In this document: one piece after another, positions 37,193 to 47,200 of the stretch
Position numbering within the stretch: the stretch's first letter is position 1
Layout of the letters: the number at the start of each line of letters is the position of its first letter
Origin: a virus
Strand: one strand, 5' to 3'
Virus genome (UHGV): UHGV-0183930
Length of the DNA: 64,000 nt
Program-made: the position numbers and the translations under genes
The notes under the pieces: generated by a model
Seen by the model: the letters and a program-made list of their open reading frames with translations, nothing else
The model's database searches: none
Told to the model about the DNA's origin: nothing

Positions 37193-37731
37193 ATAAGAAA
37201 CTTAGGTTATTAGTAACAACTAAATGTCCTAATAAATGTCCCATGTGTTGTAATAACTCATGGGATTTTTCATCTTTACCAGTAGTGGATAGATGGAACT
37301 ATGAGGAGATAATGATTACTGGAGGAGAACCTTTGATTCATACTAATAAAGTAGCTGAATTAATAAGGTCTATTCGAGTTATTAGTGAAGTTTATACAGA
37401 TATTCCAAAGGTATATGTGTACACTTCAATAGCTGCTTGGGATAGAGTAAGAACTGTATTAGCTTATGCAGATGGTATAGTTTTGACTCCACACAGCCAG
37501 AGTGATATTGACAGATTTGTGGAACTGAATAATATGATGCAAGAGGTTAAAGAAACTAAATCTGATTTTATTAAGGGTAAATCACTTAGACTTAATCTCT
37601 TTGCTGATATGAAACTTCTCCTTCCCGAGCACATTGATTTGTCACTGTGGAATATCAAGGAAATGGAGTGGGTAAAGGATTGTCCAGTACCACAGGGTGA
37701 AGATTTTAGAAGGATTAAGGAACTTTGGTAA
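37189..37731 (+). CDS. radical SAM protein
   Basis: CPNKCPMC (CX3CX2C); ITGGEP. Confidence 0.85.
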   Translation: MNKKLRLLVTTKCPNKCPMCCNNSWDFSSLPVVDRWNYEEIMITGGEPLIHTNKVAELIRSIRVISEVYTDIPKVYVYTSIAAWDRVRTVLAYADGIVLTPHSQSDIDRFVELNNMMQEVKETKSDFIKGKSLRLNLFADMKLLLPEHIDLSLWNIKEMEWVKDCPVPQGEDFRRIKELW

Positions 37732-37732
37732 C

Positions 37733-38173
37733 ATGAGGCAATTTACACATAGAGAGTTTGTTAGGATAGTGGTAGCCAATGGTTTCTATTATGATAGATA
37801 TAATGGAGACCATGCTATCTACCTTAATGAAAGAGGCAGACATATTAGCATCCCATTAAAACTTGAAAGTGTTATTGCAAGAAGATTAATCAAAGAGAAT
37901 AATTTAGAGATAGATATTAAGAAACTTAAAAAGGAGAAGAGAATGAGTAATGCACCATTAGGGGCTGATGAAGACCCCAGAGCACCTTGGAACCAACCTC
38001 TTGATGTAAAGCATCGAAGGTTTGTGAGTGTTACTTTGTCATATTATGATGAAGTGGAATTACCTCCTGATGCAGAGGAGGAACAGATTAAAGAAGCTCT
38101 TGAAGAGAAGGTGAGGAAACAGGACTTTCCTAAGAAAGTTGATTTTGATGAAATTGTAATATTGGAGGAATAA
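37733..38173 (+). CDS. HicA-like N-terminal domain fused to an unknown domain
   Basis: REFVRIVVANGF...GDHAIY...ISIP. Confidence 0.6.
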   Translation: MRQFTHREFVRIVVANGFYYDRYNGDHAIYLNERGRHISIPLKLESVIARRLIKENNLEIDIKKLKKEKRMSNAPLGADEDPRAPWNQPLDVKHRRFVSVTLSYYDEVELPPDAEEEQIKEALEEKVRKQDFPKKVDFDEIVILEE

Positions 38174-38174
38174 T

Positions 38175-38480
38175 ATGAAAGTAGTGGGAACTAATCCTAA
38201 AGATGATACTTGTTTAGTACAAGTTGGCATGAGAGAACTTGCAAGTATAATGGGTTTTTATAGTGAGCATGATGCTGAATTTAAGAAACAATTAAATTCT
38301 GCATTGTTGGGAAACTCTATAAATGTATCAAAAGTTTATGCTAACTATTATAGGGTTAAGAATATAATTGAAGGCACTCCTTACTGTACAGCCTTAGTTA
38401 AGTTGAATGAAATGATAGATGCTATAAAACCCATTAATGATTTAATTAAAGAAGTAAAAGATACATATGAAGCTGATTAA
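38175..38480 (+). CDS. hypothetical protein
   Basis: coupled ORF. Confidence 0.65.
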   Translation: MKVVGTNPKDDTCLVQVGMRELASIMGFYSEHDAEFKKQLNSALLGNSINVSKVYANYYRVKNIIEGTPYCTALVKLNEMIDAIKPINDLIKEVKDTYEAD

Positions 38481-39411
38481 ACCATCATTTGAGATTTGGG
38501 AACAGGGAGCTGGTCTTGAAGGTGTATATAAACAGATAGAGAGAGCAGGTAGAGTATGTTATAAATCAGAAGATAAGATAACAGAGACTTCTGCTAAGGA
38601 GTTTGTGAAGAGAATGATAAAATCTGGTCATGGTGCTATGTTAGAGCATGGCACTGTGTACCTGAACTATAGCTCTTATGAGTATTTTGATAAGGAGAAT
38701 GGATTTCCTCTTAACAAATATGAAGAGAATCCATACTCCAAGTGTATGATAGTTAAATACCCTCTTCTCTCTAAAATAGAGGGGTGGGTTACTACTAACC
38801 TAAGAGTATTGGTAGAGAATGGCTGGTTAGATGATTTACAGTATATCTGTGAACCTACAGAATATCATGCCAAGAGACATACTATTAAGTTTATTTGTGA
38901 TAGAGGAGTTTCCCATGAATTTGTAAGACACAGAGTGTTCAGTTTTGCTCAAGAGTCTACCAGATACTGTAATTATAGTAAAGATAAGTTTGGTAATGAA
39001 CTTACTTTTATTATTCCTAATTGGTTAAGTATTCCTGAAGGAGGATATGAACTTTTTGAAGAAGATGATACAGTAGAAGGTTTATCTTGTTATTCTTTAT
39101 CCAATGAAGAATGGGCTACTAAAGATTTAGGTGTTAAAGCATTCCTAAGAGGTTGTGATGATGCAGAACTAACTTACTTTGAATTACTTAAACAAGGGTG
39201 GAAGCCACAGGAAGCAAGAGCTGTATTACCTAATAGCTTGAAAACAGAACTGGTAGTAACTGGTTTTGCAAGTGATTGGGAACACTTCTTTAAGTTGAGG
39301 GATACAGGTAGTGCTCATCCTCAAGCAAGAGAACTGGCACACCCATTACACATGGAATTTTTGAGAAGAAAGTATTTGGTAAGTCTTTATGATGAAGCCA
39401 ATCCTGATTAA
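38467..39411 (+). CDS. thyX: FAD-dependent thymidylate synthase
   Basis: GHGAMLEH; SHEFVRHRVFSFAQESTRY; ARAVLP; AHPQAR. Confidence 0.93.
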   Translation: MKLIKPSFEIWEQGAGLEGVYKQIERAGRVCYKSEDKITETSAKEFVKRMIKSGHGAMLEHGTVYLNYSSYEYFDKENGFPLNKYEENPYSKCMIVKYPLLSKIEGWVTTNLRVLVENGWLDDLQYICEPTEYHAKRHTIKFICDRGVSHEFVRHRVFSFAQESTRYCNYSKDKFGNELTFIIPNWLSIPEGGYELFEEDDTVEGLSCYSLSNEEWATKDLGVKAFLRGCDDAELTYFELLKQGWKPQEARAVLPNSLKTELVVTGFASDWEHFFKLRDTGSAHPQARELAHPLHMEFLRRKYLVSLYDEANPD

Positions 39412-39429
39412 TAACTAAAAAAAAAAACA

Positions 39430-39672
39430 ATGGCATTTGGAAGTAAGAAACAAGTAGTTATTCCGAAGCCTTCATTTAAAGAAAGGCTGACTGGGGTGAA
39501 ATCAATGTTTAAGAAAGCTCATGAAGATGCTTCAAAGTTGAGTGCAGAAATGCAGGCTGACATTGACAGTAAGAAACAAAAGGTAAAACTTCTTGAGGAT
39601 GAAATAAGTTTCATTTCTGAAACTCAGAAAGAGGCTCAAGAGTTTATGTCAAATCTTGAAAAGTTCATTTAA
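39430..39672 (+). CDS. hypothetical coiled-coil protein
   Basis: 80-aa ORF after an A11 tract. Confidence 0.7.
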   Translation: MAFGSKKQVVIPKPSFKERLTGVKSMFKKAHEDASKLSAEMQADIDSKKQKVKLLEDEISFISETQKEAQEFMSNLEKFI

Positions 39673-40445
39673 TGAGAACAAACTTAATTAAAACAAAAGA
39701 GCTGCCTAAGGTAGCAGAGAGTCCTGCTACTGATGGTATGCTTGACATGGTTATTGCATTTGACACAACTGGCTCTATGTCAGCTTATATTAATGCAGTA
39801 AAGACTCATGTAAAAGAGTTAGTACCAAAGTTATTTTGTTCCAATCCTGATTTAAGGATTGGTATTGTAGCTTTTGGTGACTATTGTGACATGAAGAGTA
39901 AAAGTGATTTTGGTAAGGCTTACCAAGTATTAGACCTGACTAATAATGAAAACAAGATTATTGAATTTATCAACAATGCCCAAAACACAAGTGGAGGTGA
40001 TGGTGATGAATTTTATGAATTAGTCATTAAGAAAATCACTGAGGAAACTTCATGGAGAGAAGGTTCAACTAAAGCTGTACTACTTATTGCTGATGCACAG
40101 CCTCATAGTGTAGGTTACAGCTATAAGAGTATTGTGAATAAAGCTCAGATTGATTGGAGGGAAGAAGCTAAGAAGGCTGCTGAGAAAGGTATCAAATTTG
40201 ATACTATGACCATTGAACCTATGTATGTTAAATGGTATCAGGAACTTTCTGCCATTACCAATGGTATTAGTGTTCCTTTCAAGAATAGTAGTAAAACTTC
40301 TCAGGTAGTTGAAGCTGCTGCATTAAGTAGAGGTGGAACAAGGACTAAGGCTCTATATGAAGCTACTATGGATTCATTTGCAGCTATGGGAGATACAGAA
40401 ATGACAGCAGTATATAATGCTTATTCAAAAGAAGTAACAGATTAA
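39672..40445 (+). CDS. vWA-domain protein
   Basis: FDTTGSM, GGDGDE, LIADAQPH. Confidence 0.82.
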   Translation: MRTNLIKTKELPKVAESPATDGMLDMVIAFDTTGSMSAYINAVKTHVKELVPKLFCSNPDLRIGIVAFGDYCDMKSKSDFGKAYQVLDLTNNENKIIEFINNAQNTSGGDGDEFYELVIKKITEETSWREGSTKAVLLIADAQPHSVGYSYKSIVNKAQIDWREEAKKAAEKGIKFDTMTIEPMYVKWYQELSAITNGISVPFKNSSKTSQVVEAAALSRGGTRTKALYEATMDSFAAMGDTEMTAVYNAYSKEVTD

Positions 40446-40456
40446 AATCAAGAACA

Positions 40457-41083
40457 ATGAAAATCAATATTAAAGAGATAGCAGTAGGTGATGTATTTTC
40501 AGAAGAATCACATTACATTGTTGAAGAGATTGGTAAAGATACAATCAAATTCAAACATACAGAGAGTGGAAAATCAGTTACATTAGGTTATGGTTATGTT
40601 CAAGACCTGCTTAATACTTCTGACCAGTATGACAAAGAAGTAAAAGTGACTAAGGAAGATAAGAAAGATGGTACTCCGGGTATAAGGACAATCTTTGAGG
40701 GTATCAAATCTTCTGAGGTATTCACTGTTGTGTTCCAAAAGCAAGATAAACCTAAGTCTAAGAAGGCTTTAGACAAAGAAGTAGAAGCTAAAGTTGAGGA
40801 GTTTATTGCTGCTATTGAGAAGGCTAAAACACAGAAGAAAGGTGTTGCCAGAGTTGCTAAGGAACAGTTTGAGTCTTTTATGGCTAATCCTATCACTGAT
40901 GTAATAAAAGGTGAAGATAGAGTACTAAGAGGCTACAAGATGCAGTTTGTTTCCAGAGATGGTAAGTACAAATGTATGGATATGGATGTTGTAAGAGGTC
41001 CAAAGGAAACTGGTGAAAGACTGGTTAATATCAATACAATTAAGCAACTTATCTTCAATGGAGTTAAGTATGTAGTTGAGTAA
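40457..41083 (+). CDS. hypothetical protein
   Basis: 208-aa ORF. Confidence 0.75.
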   Translation: MKINIKEIAVGDVFSEESHYIVEEIGKDTIKFKHTESGKSVTLGYGYVQDLLNTSDQYDKEVKVTKEDKKDGTPGIRTIFEGIKSSEVFTVVFQKQDKPKSKKALDKEVEAKVEEFIAAIEKAKTQKKGVARVAKEQFESFMANPITDVIKGEDRVLRGYKMQFVSRDGKYKCMDMDVVRGPKETGERLVNINTIKQLIFNGVKYVVE

Positions 41084-41088
41084 CAGTT

Positions 41089-41119
41089 AGGGGAGCTAAG
41101 TCTCCCCTTTCTTATTTTT
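41089..41119 (+). terminator. rho-independent terminator
   Basis: AGGGGAG/CTCCCCT stem followed by T-rich tail. Confidence 0.7.
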
Positions 41120-41160
41120 AAAGAGTTTGGTTTACCTCTCAAAAAGAAAACCCTTAATAA

Positions 41161-41192
41161 CTTGCATATTAAGAAAACAACCTTTATATTTG
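41161..41192 (+). promoter_or_regulatory. Bacteroidota promoter for the virion RNAP gene
   Basis: CTTG, 20-nt spacer, TATATTTG 41185-41192. Confidence 0.75.
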
Positions 41193-41223
41193 CACATAAA
41201 TTTAATTATAAATCTATAACAAG

Positions 41224-44200
41224 ATGAGTAAAAGATGTATCACAACTAATTCTACTATTGAAGAATTGGCTGCTAAATTACAGGGTGAAACTATAGAATC
41301 AGTCAAGGGACTTGTTGAGCTATGGCAAGACAAGAATAATAAAGACTGGGACACTTATCCTACTGCTTCTGAACTAAATAACTTTAGAGCAGAACTGAGA
41401 AAAGGTAAGGATGAAATGGTAGAAGCCTTAGATAAGGCACTCTCACCTTCATTTGAAGCACCAAGGATTTCAAGTGTAGAAGAACAAGCTAAAGTAGATT
41501 TGGACTTTGACCCAAGAACAAGAAGAGACAGGGTTAGTCTGATTGCAAGATTCTTTAGCAATGAAATAGATACAGCACTGCAAGAACACAATGATACTCT
41601 TAATAAGAGAATTGCTGATGCTGAGAAAGAAGGTGATATACTTGCTGTCAATGAACTGAAAGAGGAGCTTAACTCTCTTGATAGGTTCAAGATAATCAAG
41701 TTATATACACCTGCTGGCTTATTTAGTAGAGTAAGGGATTACTTCAATAACTATATACTTGACTCTGAGGAGAATAGGATACAATCAGAACTTAATACAA
41801 TCAATGGTATGAAGGGTTCTGAGAGATATAGTGACGAACAGAAGTATGAAGCTGCAAAGAAGAAAGCATTATACAAAACCAATGCCTATCAGAAGGTAGT
41901 AGATAACTTCAAACCCTTGGCTGAGGAAGCAAGTACTATACTAATAGCCACTGAGGGGATTAGGATTGACCCTAATTATATTGCCCCTAAAGATGCCAAC
42001 CTTAACAATGATACTCCAGAGGGAGAAAGTGCAGTAGATGAACAGGCTGATGATTTTGTGAAGGATGAGGCTTTCAAGGATGGATGGATGACTAATTATA
42101 GAGAAGTAAGCTCTCATGAGTCTCTAAGTCAAGAAGTTAGAAAGGTAATCAGAGAGATACCCCAACTTGACTACAGAGGTAAGTATGATAAGGATGATTT
42201 AGGAAATCTAAGATTTCTTGATGCAGACTATGTTCATGCTACCCTGATAGATAAACTCAGAGATATGATTACATCCGATGATATGTTACCACTTCTGGAG
42301 ACTCTGGGTAATACCAAGCCTTGGACTAAGCAAATAGTTAAGAAACTACAGGCTGAGCCTAAACTATTCAGTCAGTTCTATCAGGATTTCAGAAAAGACT
42401 TCATGCCTTACTGGATTCAGAAGAAGAAACTACAGGCTGATGGTACTTTCAAGATGGAAACTATTGCCATTAATAAGCCTGAGGGTGTCTATTATCTGCT
42501 TGATGAATGGAGAGATAACTATGAAAATGGTAATCTGCTTGATGATGATAGTATCTATGATAAGAATGGAGACTTGAATCTTGAGAATGCAGAGAATGGT
42601 CTTAAATGGACTGAGGCTCTAAATAACAGATTTACCAATCTTAGTACAGAACAGAGGTTGGAACTTCTACAAGATGAAAAGGTATGGAAGACATTGAATA
42701 AGCTCCTTAATATGATTGGTATCAATCCTAATCAAGGGGTATTATTAGATGCTCTTACTAACATAAAGCAATATGAAGGTGGTACTGCAACAGACCCAAT
42801 TATGTTGCTTCTTCCTCAATTAAACATTATATTCAGTGGTGTAAAGAAAGGTGAGGTTAAGTCTGAGACTCTTGAAGATGGAACTGAAAAGAGAGGGGAT
42901 TTGATTAATACCTTTGGTTCTGCTTACAACAGTATAGCTATGATGCTTGCAGAAGTAACAGAGGATGCTATTGAAAGTAGTGTGAGGGAAAATGATAAGT
43001 CATACTATAGCCATGTTACTCCTAACTATCTTGGCAAGTTGATTAAACAGCTTAAGAATGTTATGGGTAATGAAGCAAGGTTCAAAGAGTTTATTAAAAA
43101 TGAATTTGGACAATATGAATGGTTCTATAAGGATGGCAGATGGAGAAATGATTGGATTGAGCAACTGGTGAATAACCCTGAAATGAGAAGAGGATTGAGC
43201 CATAAGGTTCTTCTTAACTCAGATAAGGTTGCATATCAGAACTGGGATGATTTGGATTACACCTTAGTATTACTGACAGAATACTTTGGAGACCCTGACA
43301 ACAGTAAATCTGATATTCAGTGGGCTAATTATCATGTGCCCATTCTCTCAGATAGTCCTTCTGCTGAGTTCATTAGATTCAGAAAGTATGACAATCATAG
43401 CATCATTGGAGAAGATGGTGAGTATATGAAGTATGATGATATTATCCTTGATAGATTTGTTGATTTGATTAATCAAGAGGTAGATAGAATAGCTCTTGTA
43501 AATCAAAGGGATGAAGAATATCAGAAGGGTAATCCCAACATTGCTCCTATTGCAAACTATGATATAGTAAGGGATAAAGAAGGCAATATCAAAAGTATTG
43601 GTGGTGCTGAATTTAAGTTCCTTACAGCTCTGAATGATGTAAGATATGACAATGGTGAGACTTTCCTTGACAGGTTCCAGAGAATTCAAATTGAAGGAAC
43701 TGGTGCTGAATTAAGAGAGTTCATCAGAGAGTCAGTAAGAGAGGCTCTTGACAATGAATTTGAAGAGACTTATAGAGAATGGGCTAAGGCTGGATTACTT
43801 GAAGAACTTCCCAATGGTAAGTACAAATATCTTGGAGTAATTGGTGTAAATACTGGTCAAAGTTCCTACAATAGGAATACAGCAACTTCTTTGAACAATG
43901 CTAAGAAGGCTCTTGAAGGAATGTGGACTACAGAAATGGATATTCTTTTAAGGGATTACAACAATAATAATCCAGTAGATGATAGAAGAGCAACTACTCT
44001 CTTTGAAAGTATTAAGGACTTGTTGAGGGAAAAGATGGTGAGAGGTGAAATTACTGCTAAGGAAATGGATAGTATCAACAGAAACTTGGTTATTAGAAAT
44101 AATGCCAAAGCTAAGTTGAGAGAGTATTTCTGGAATAGTAAATTTGCTACATCACAAATCATTGAACTTACTACAACTGACCTTGCTTTCTATAAGAACA

Positions 44201-47200
44201 TAGAGGACTTTCAGAAGAGATATAAGGAAGTTCATGCTCCTGCTCTAAGACTTAATACCAACTCCAAGTATGGTAGAAAGGAAGAGAGAACTATTTACTT
44301 GAAGGATGATGAGATTGTATCTGCTGCTCTTGAAGATATTAAAACTGTGCTTGATGAAAGAGTCAAGAAAGGTGAGATGTCTAAGAGAGATAGAGATTTG
44401 ATTGTCTATAAGTTCAAAGAAGTAAATGTAGCAGATGCTCAGGCATATAGGTCATTAAGTTCTTACAGAGCTGTTCTTGATATGTCTGGTCAGTGGACAG
44501 ATGATATGCAGAGAGCCTTTGATAACTTCCAAAGTGGTAAGTGGGATATGGCTGATTTCAATATTATCTGGCAGACTAAGAAACCTTATGTGTACACTCA
44601 GGTGAATAATATGAGTGGAGTACAGGGTCATACAGGTATTAAGACACCAGTTCAGCATAAGAACTCAGAGTTCCTTCTTATGGCTATGCACCATTTAGTT
44701 GCAGGTCCACTTGGTAAATCAGGTAAACTTGTAGCTATCAATGAATTCATGGAAGAGAATGGTATTGATGTAGTTCAATTTGAATCAACTACCAAGGTTG
44801 GAAAACAAGGTGTGATTAATTTGAATAATGTCAATACTAAGGAAGATGTCAAAGCTGTTCTTAAGAATGCCACTACTCAGGATGGAGTTGAGAACCCTAA
44901 TGTGGTTCACAAAGTAAGTTATGAAGACTATGGTATTCAGACTGCAACTCCAGAACATGCTATTGATGCAGTTCAATTAGTTGGTACTCAGATTAGAAAG
45001 TTGATTACAGCAGATATTAGCCCAGATACTATAATTGATGTAAATGGCAAGAAAATGACTAAACAGGAATGGTTAGACTTATATAATGCCATTAACACTG
45101 AGAATATTATTCAGGCTTTTGCTGATGTAAATGAAATCTTCAAGGATGCCAAACAGGTTGAGAAGATTCTTCTTGAAGAATTGAGAGGTAATCAAAGATA
45201 TGGAATTGATATGATTAGAGCTTGTACCCTTAATGAAAAGGGACAATTCAACATTCCATTATTTGACCCTGTTCAATCTCAAAGAGTCCAGACTTTACTC
45301 AATAGTATTATCAAGAGTAGGATTACAAAGCAGAAGATTAGAGGAGGAGCACTTATTCAAGTCTCTGACTATGGTCTTACTGATGAATTAAAGATTGTTT
45401 TTGAAGGTGAAGGAGAAAACAAGAGAATTAAATATCTCGAGGTTTATATGCCAGCTTATAGTAGGAAGTTCTATGAACCTCTTATGAAGGCAGGTACTCA
45501 TGAACTGGATGTAAATAAGTTGCCAGACAGCTTGAGAAAGTTGATTGGTTATAGAGTTCCAACTGAGGACAAATACTCAATGGCTCCTCTTTATATTAAA
45601 GGCTTCTTGCCTCAACAAAATGGTTCTGCAATCATGTTACCAGCAGAAATCACTACTCTTAGTGGTTCTGACTTTGATGTGGATAAATTGTATATCATGT
45701 TGCCTGAGTTCAAGATAACTCCTAAATATAACAGAAGACAGTTTGTTGATGATTTGGTTGCTCAATTGACACAAGGAAAAGCTGTATCTCCAGAAGTGTT
45801 GAAAGAATATAGGCAGAGTGTAAACAGGGCTATAGATGAAGGTAGGAAAGCTCCTAAGGACAGTCAGGAATACAATCTCTGGAAGACATATAAAGCTAAC
45901 AGAGAGAAGTATAGAGTAGCTCAGGAAGATAAGATTGAGAAGATTGAATATGATTTCAGCAAGTCTCCACAAGAGAATAGTCTTGAAGCCAGAAACAATC
46001 TATTGATTGATATGATGTGGGGTGTTCTCACTAATGCTGATACTGCTTCAAAGATACTTAACCCAGGTGGTTTTGATTATCAGAAGAAGTCTGCAAGAAT
46101 GATTAATATCCTTCAATCAAGTAGAGAATCTGAACTGAGAAAGGAACTGAATATCCCTGAGAATCAAAGTACTCTTAGCAAGTTAAGTAGTATGGATTTG
46201 GAAGAACTTGATAAGTTGGCAAAGAAGTTCAAGAAGAAACTTGACCCTCTTAACCCAAGAACTCAGGTTCAACTTCATCAGCAGAATATGACTGGTGCAG
46301 CATTGATTGGTATTTATGCCAACCATAATGCAAACCATGCTTTGATGCAACATACTGAATTAGGTCTTGATACTGAGAATGGTTCTTTCTTACTTAATGG
46401 TAAGAGACTTACTTCTCTTCATGGTCTGATGAATGACAATAAGGAGTATATCTCAAGGAATAATGCAGGTTTCCTTGCTGCATCTGTGGATAATGTGAAA
46501 GACCCTGTACTTGCTTCATTGAATCAGAATACCTTTACTGCTGATGCCTCAATGCTTTTAAGTAGACTTGGTTATAATCCTATTGAGATTGGTTTGATTA
46601 TGTCACAACCAATTGTAATAGATATTACCAATACCTATTTCAGAGAAAGTAGAGAAGGTAAAGGAAAGGACACAATCATTGATGAAGTCATTGAGAACTA
46701 CAAGAAGAGGGCTGCAATGATGGAAGAAGTCACTTATGATAACTACAAGTCCAATAAATTTATGGCAGATGATTTGGCTGATGCCATTATTCTCCAGAAG
46801 GAAGTAGAAGAATTAAGTGATAGAAATCAGACTGCTGACTACAGAAAGGTTGAGTTCTATAAGAAGCAAGTGGCTGCTGGATTCTTATTTAAGAGAATAA
46901 TGAACACAGCAGATGCCTTAGGACAGTTGGTTCAAGCTACAAGAGCAGATACTCAAGGTGGTGCAGCAGGTCCTACTATTGCAGATACACAGATTAAGAT
47001 ACAGAAGGTTGATGACTTTCTGACTAATGTAGTGTTAAATGAAAATTCTCCTTTAACTGGTGCAGATGTTATCATGCCATTTAATTTGGATGGTATGTCT
47101 ATTGACCAGATAAGAGAGAGATTACTTGAGTCTCCACTTCCTTATTTACAGGCATTCTTTAGTCTTGGTATTAACCAGACACAAGAAATGTTCAGTAGAT

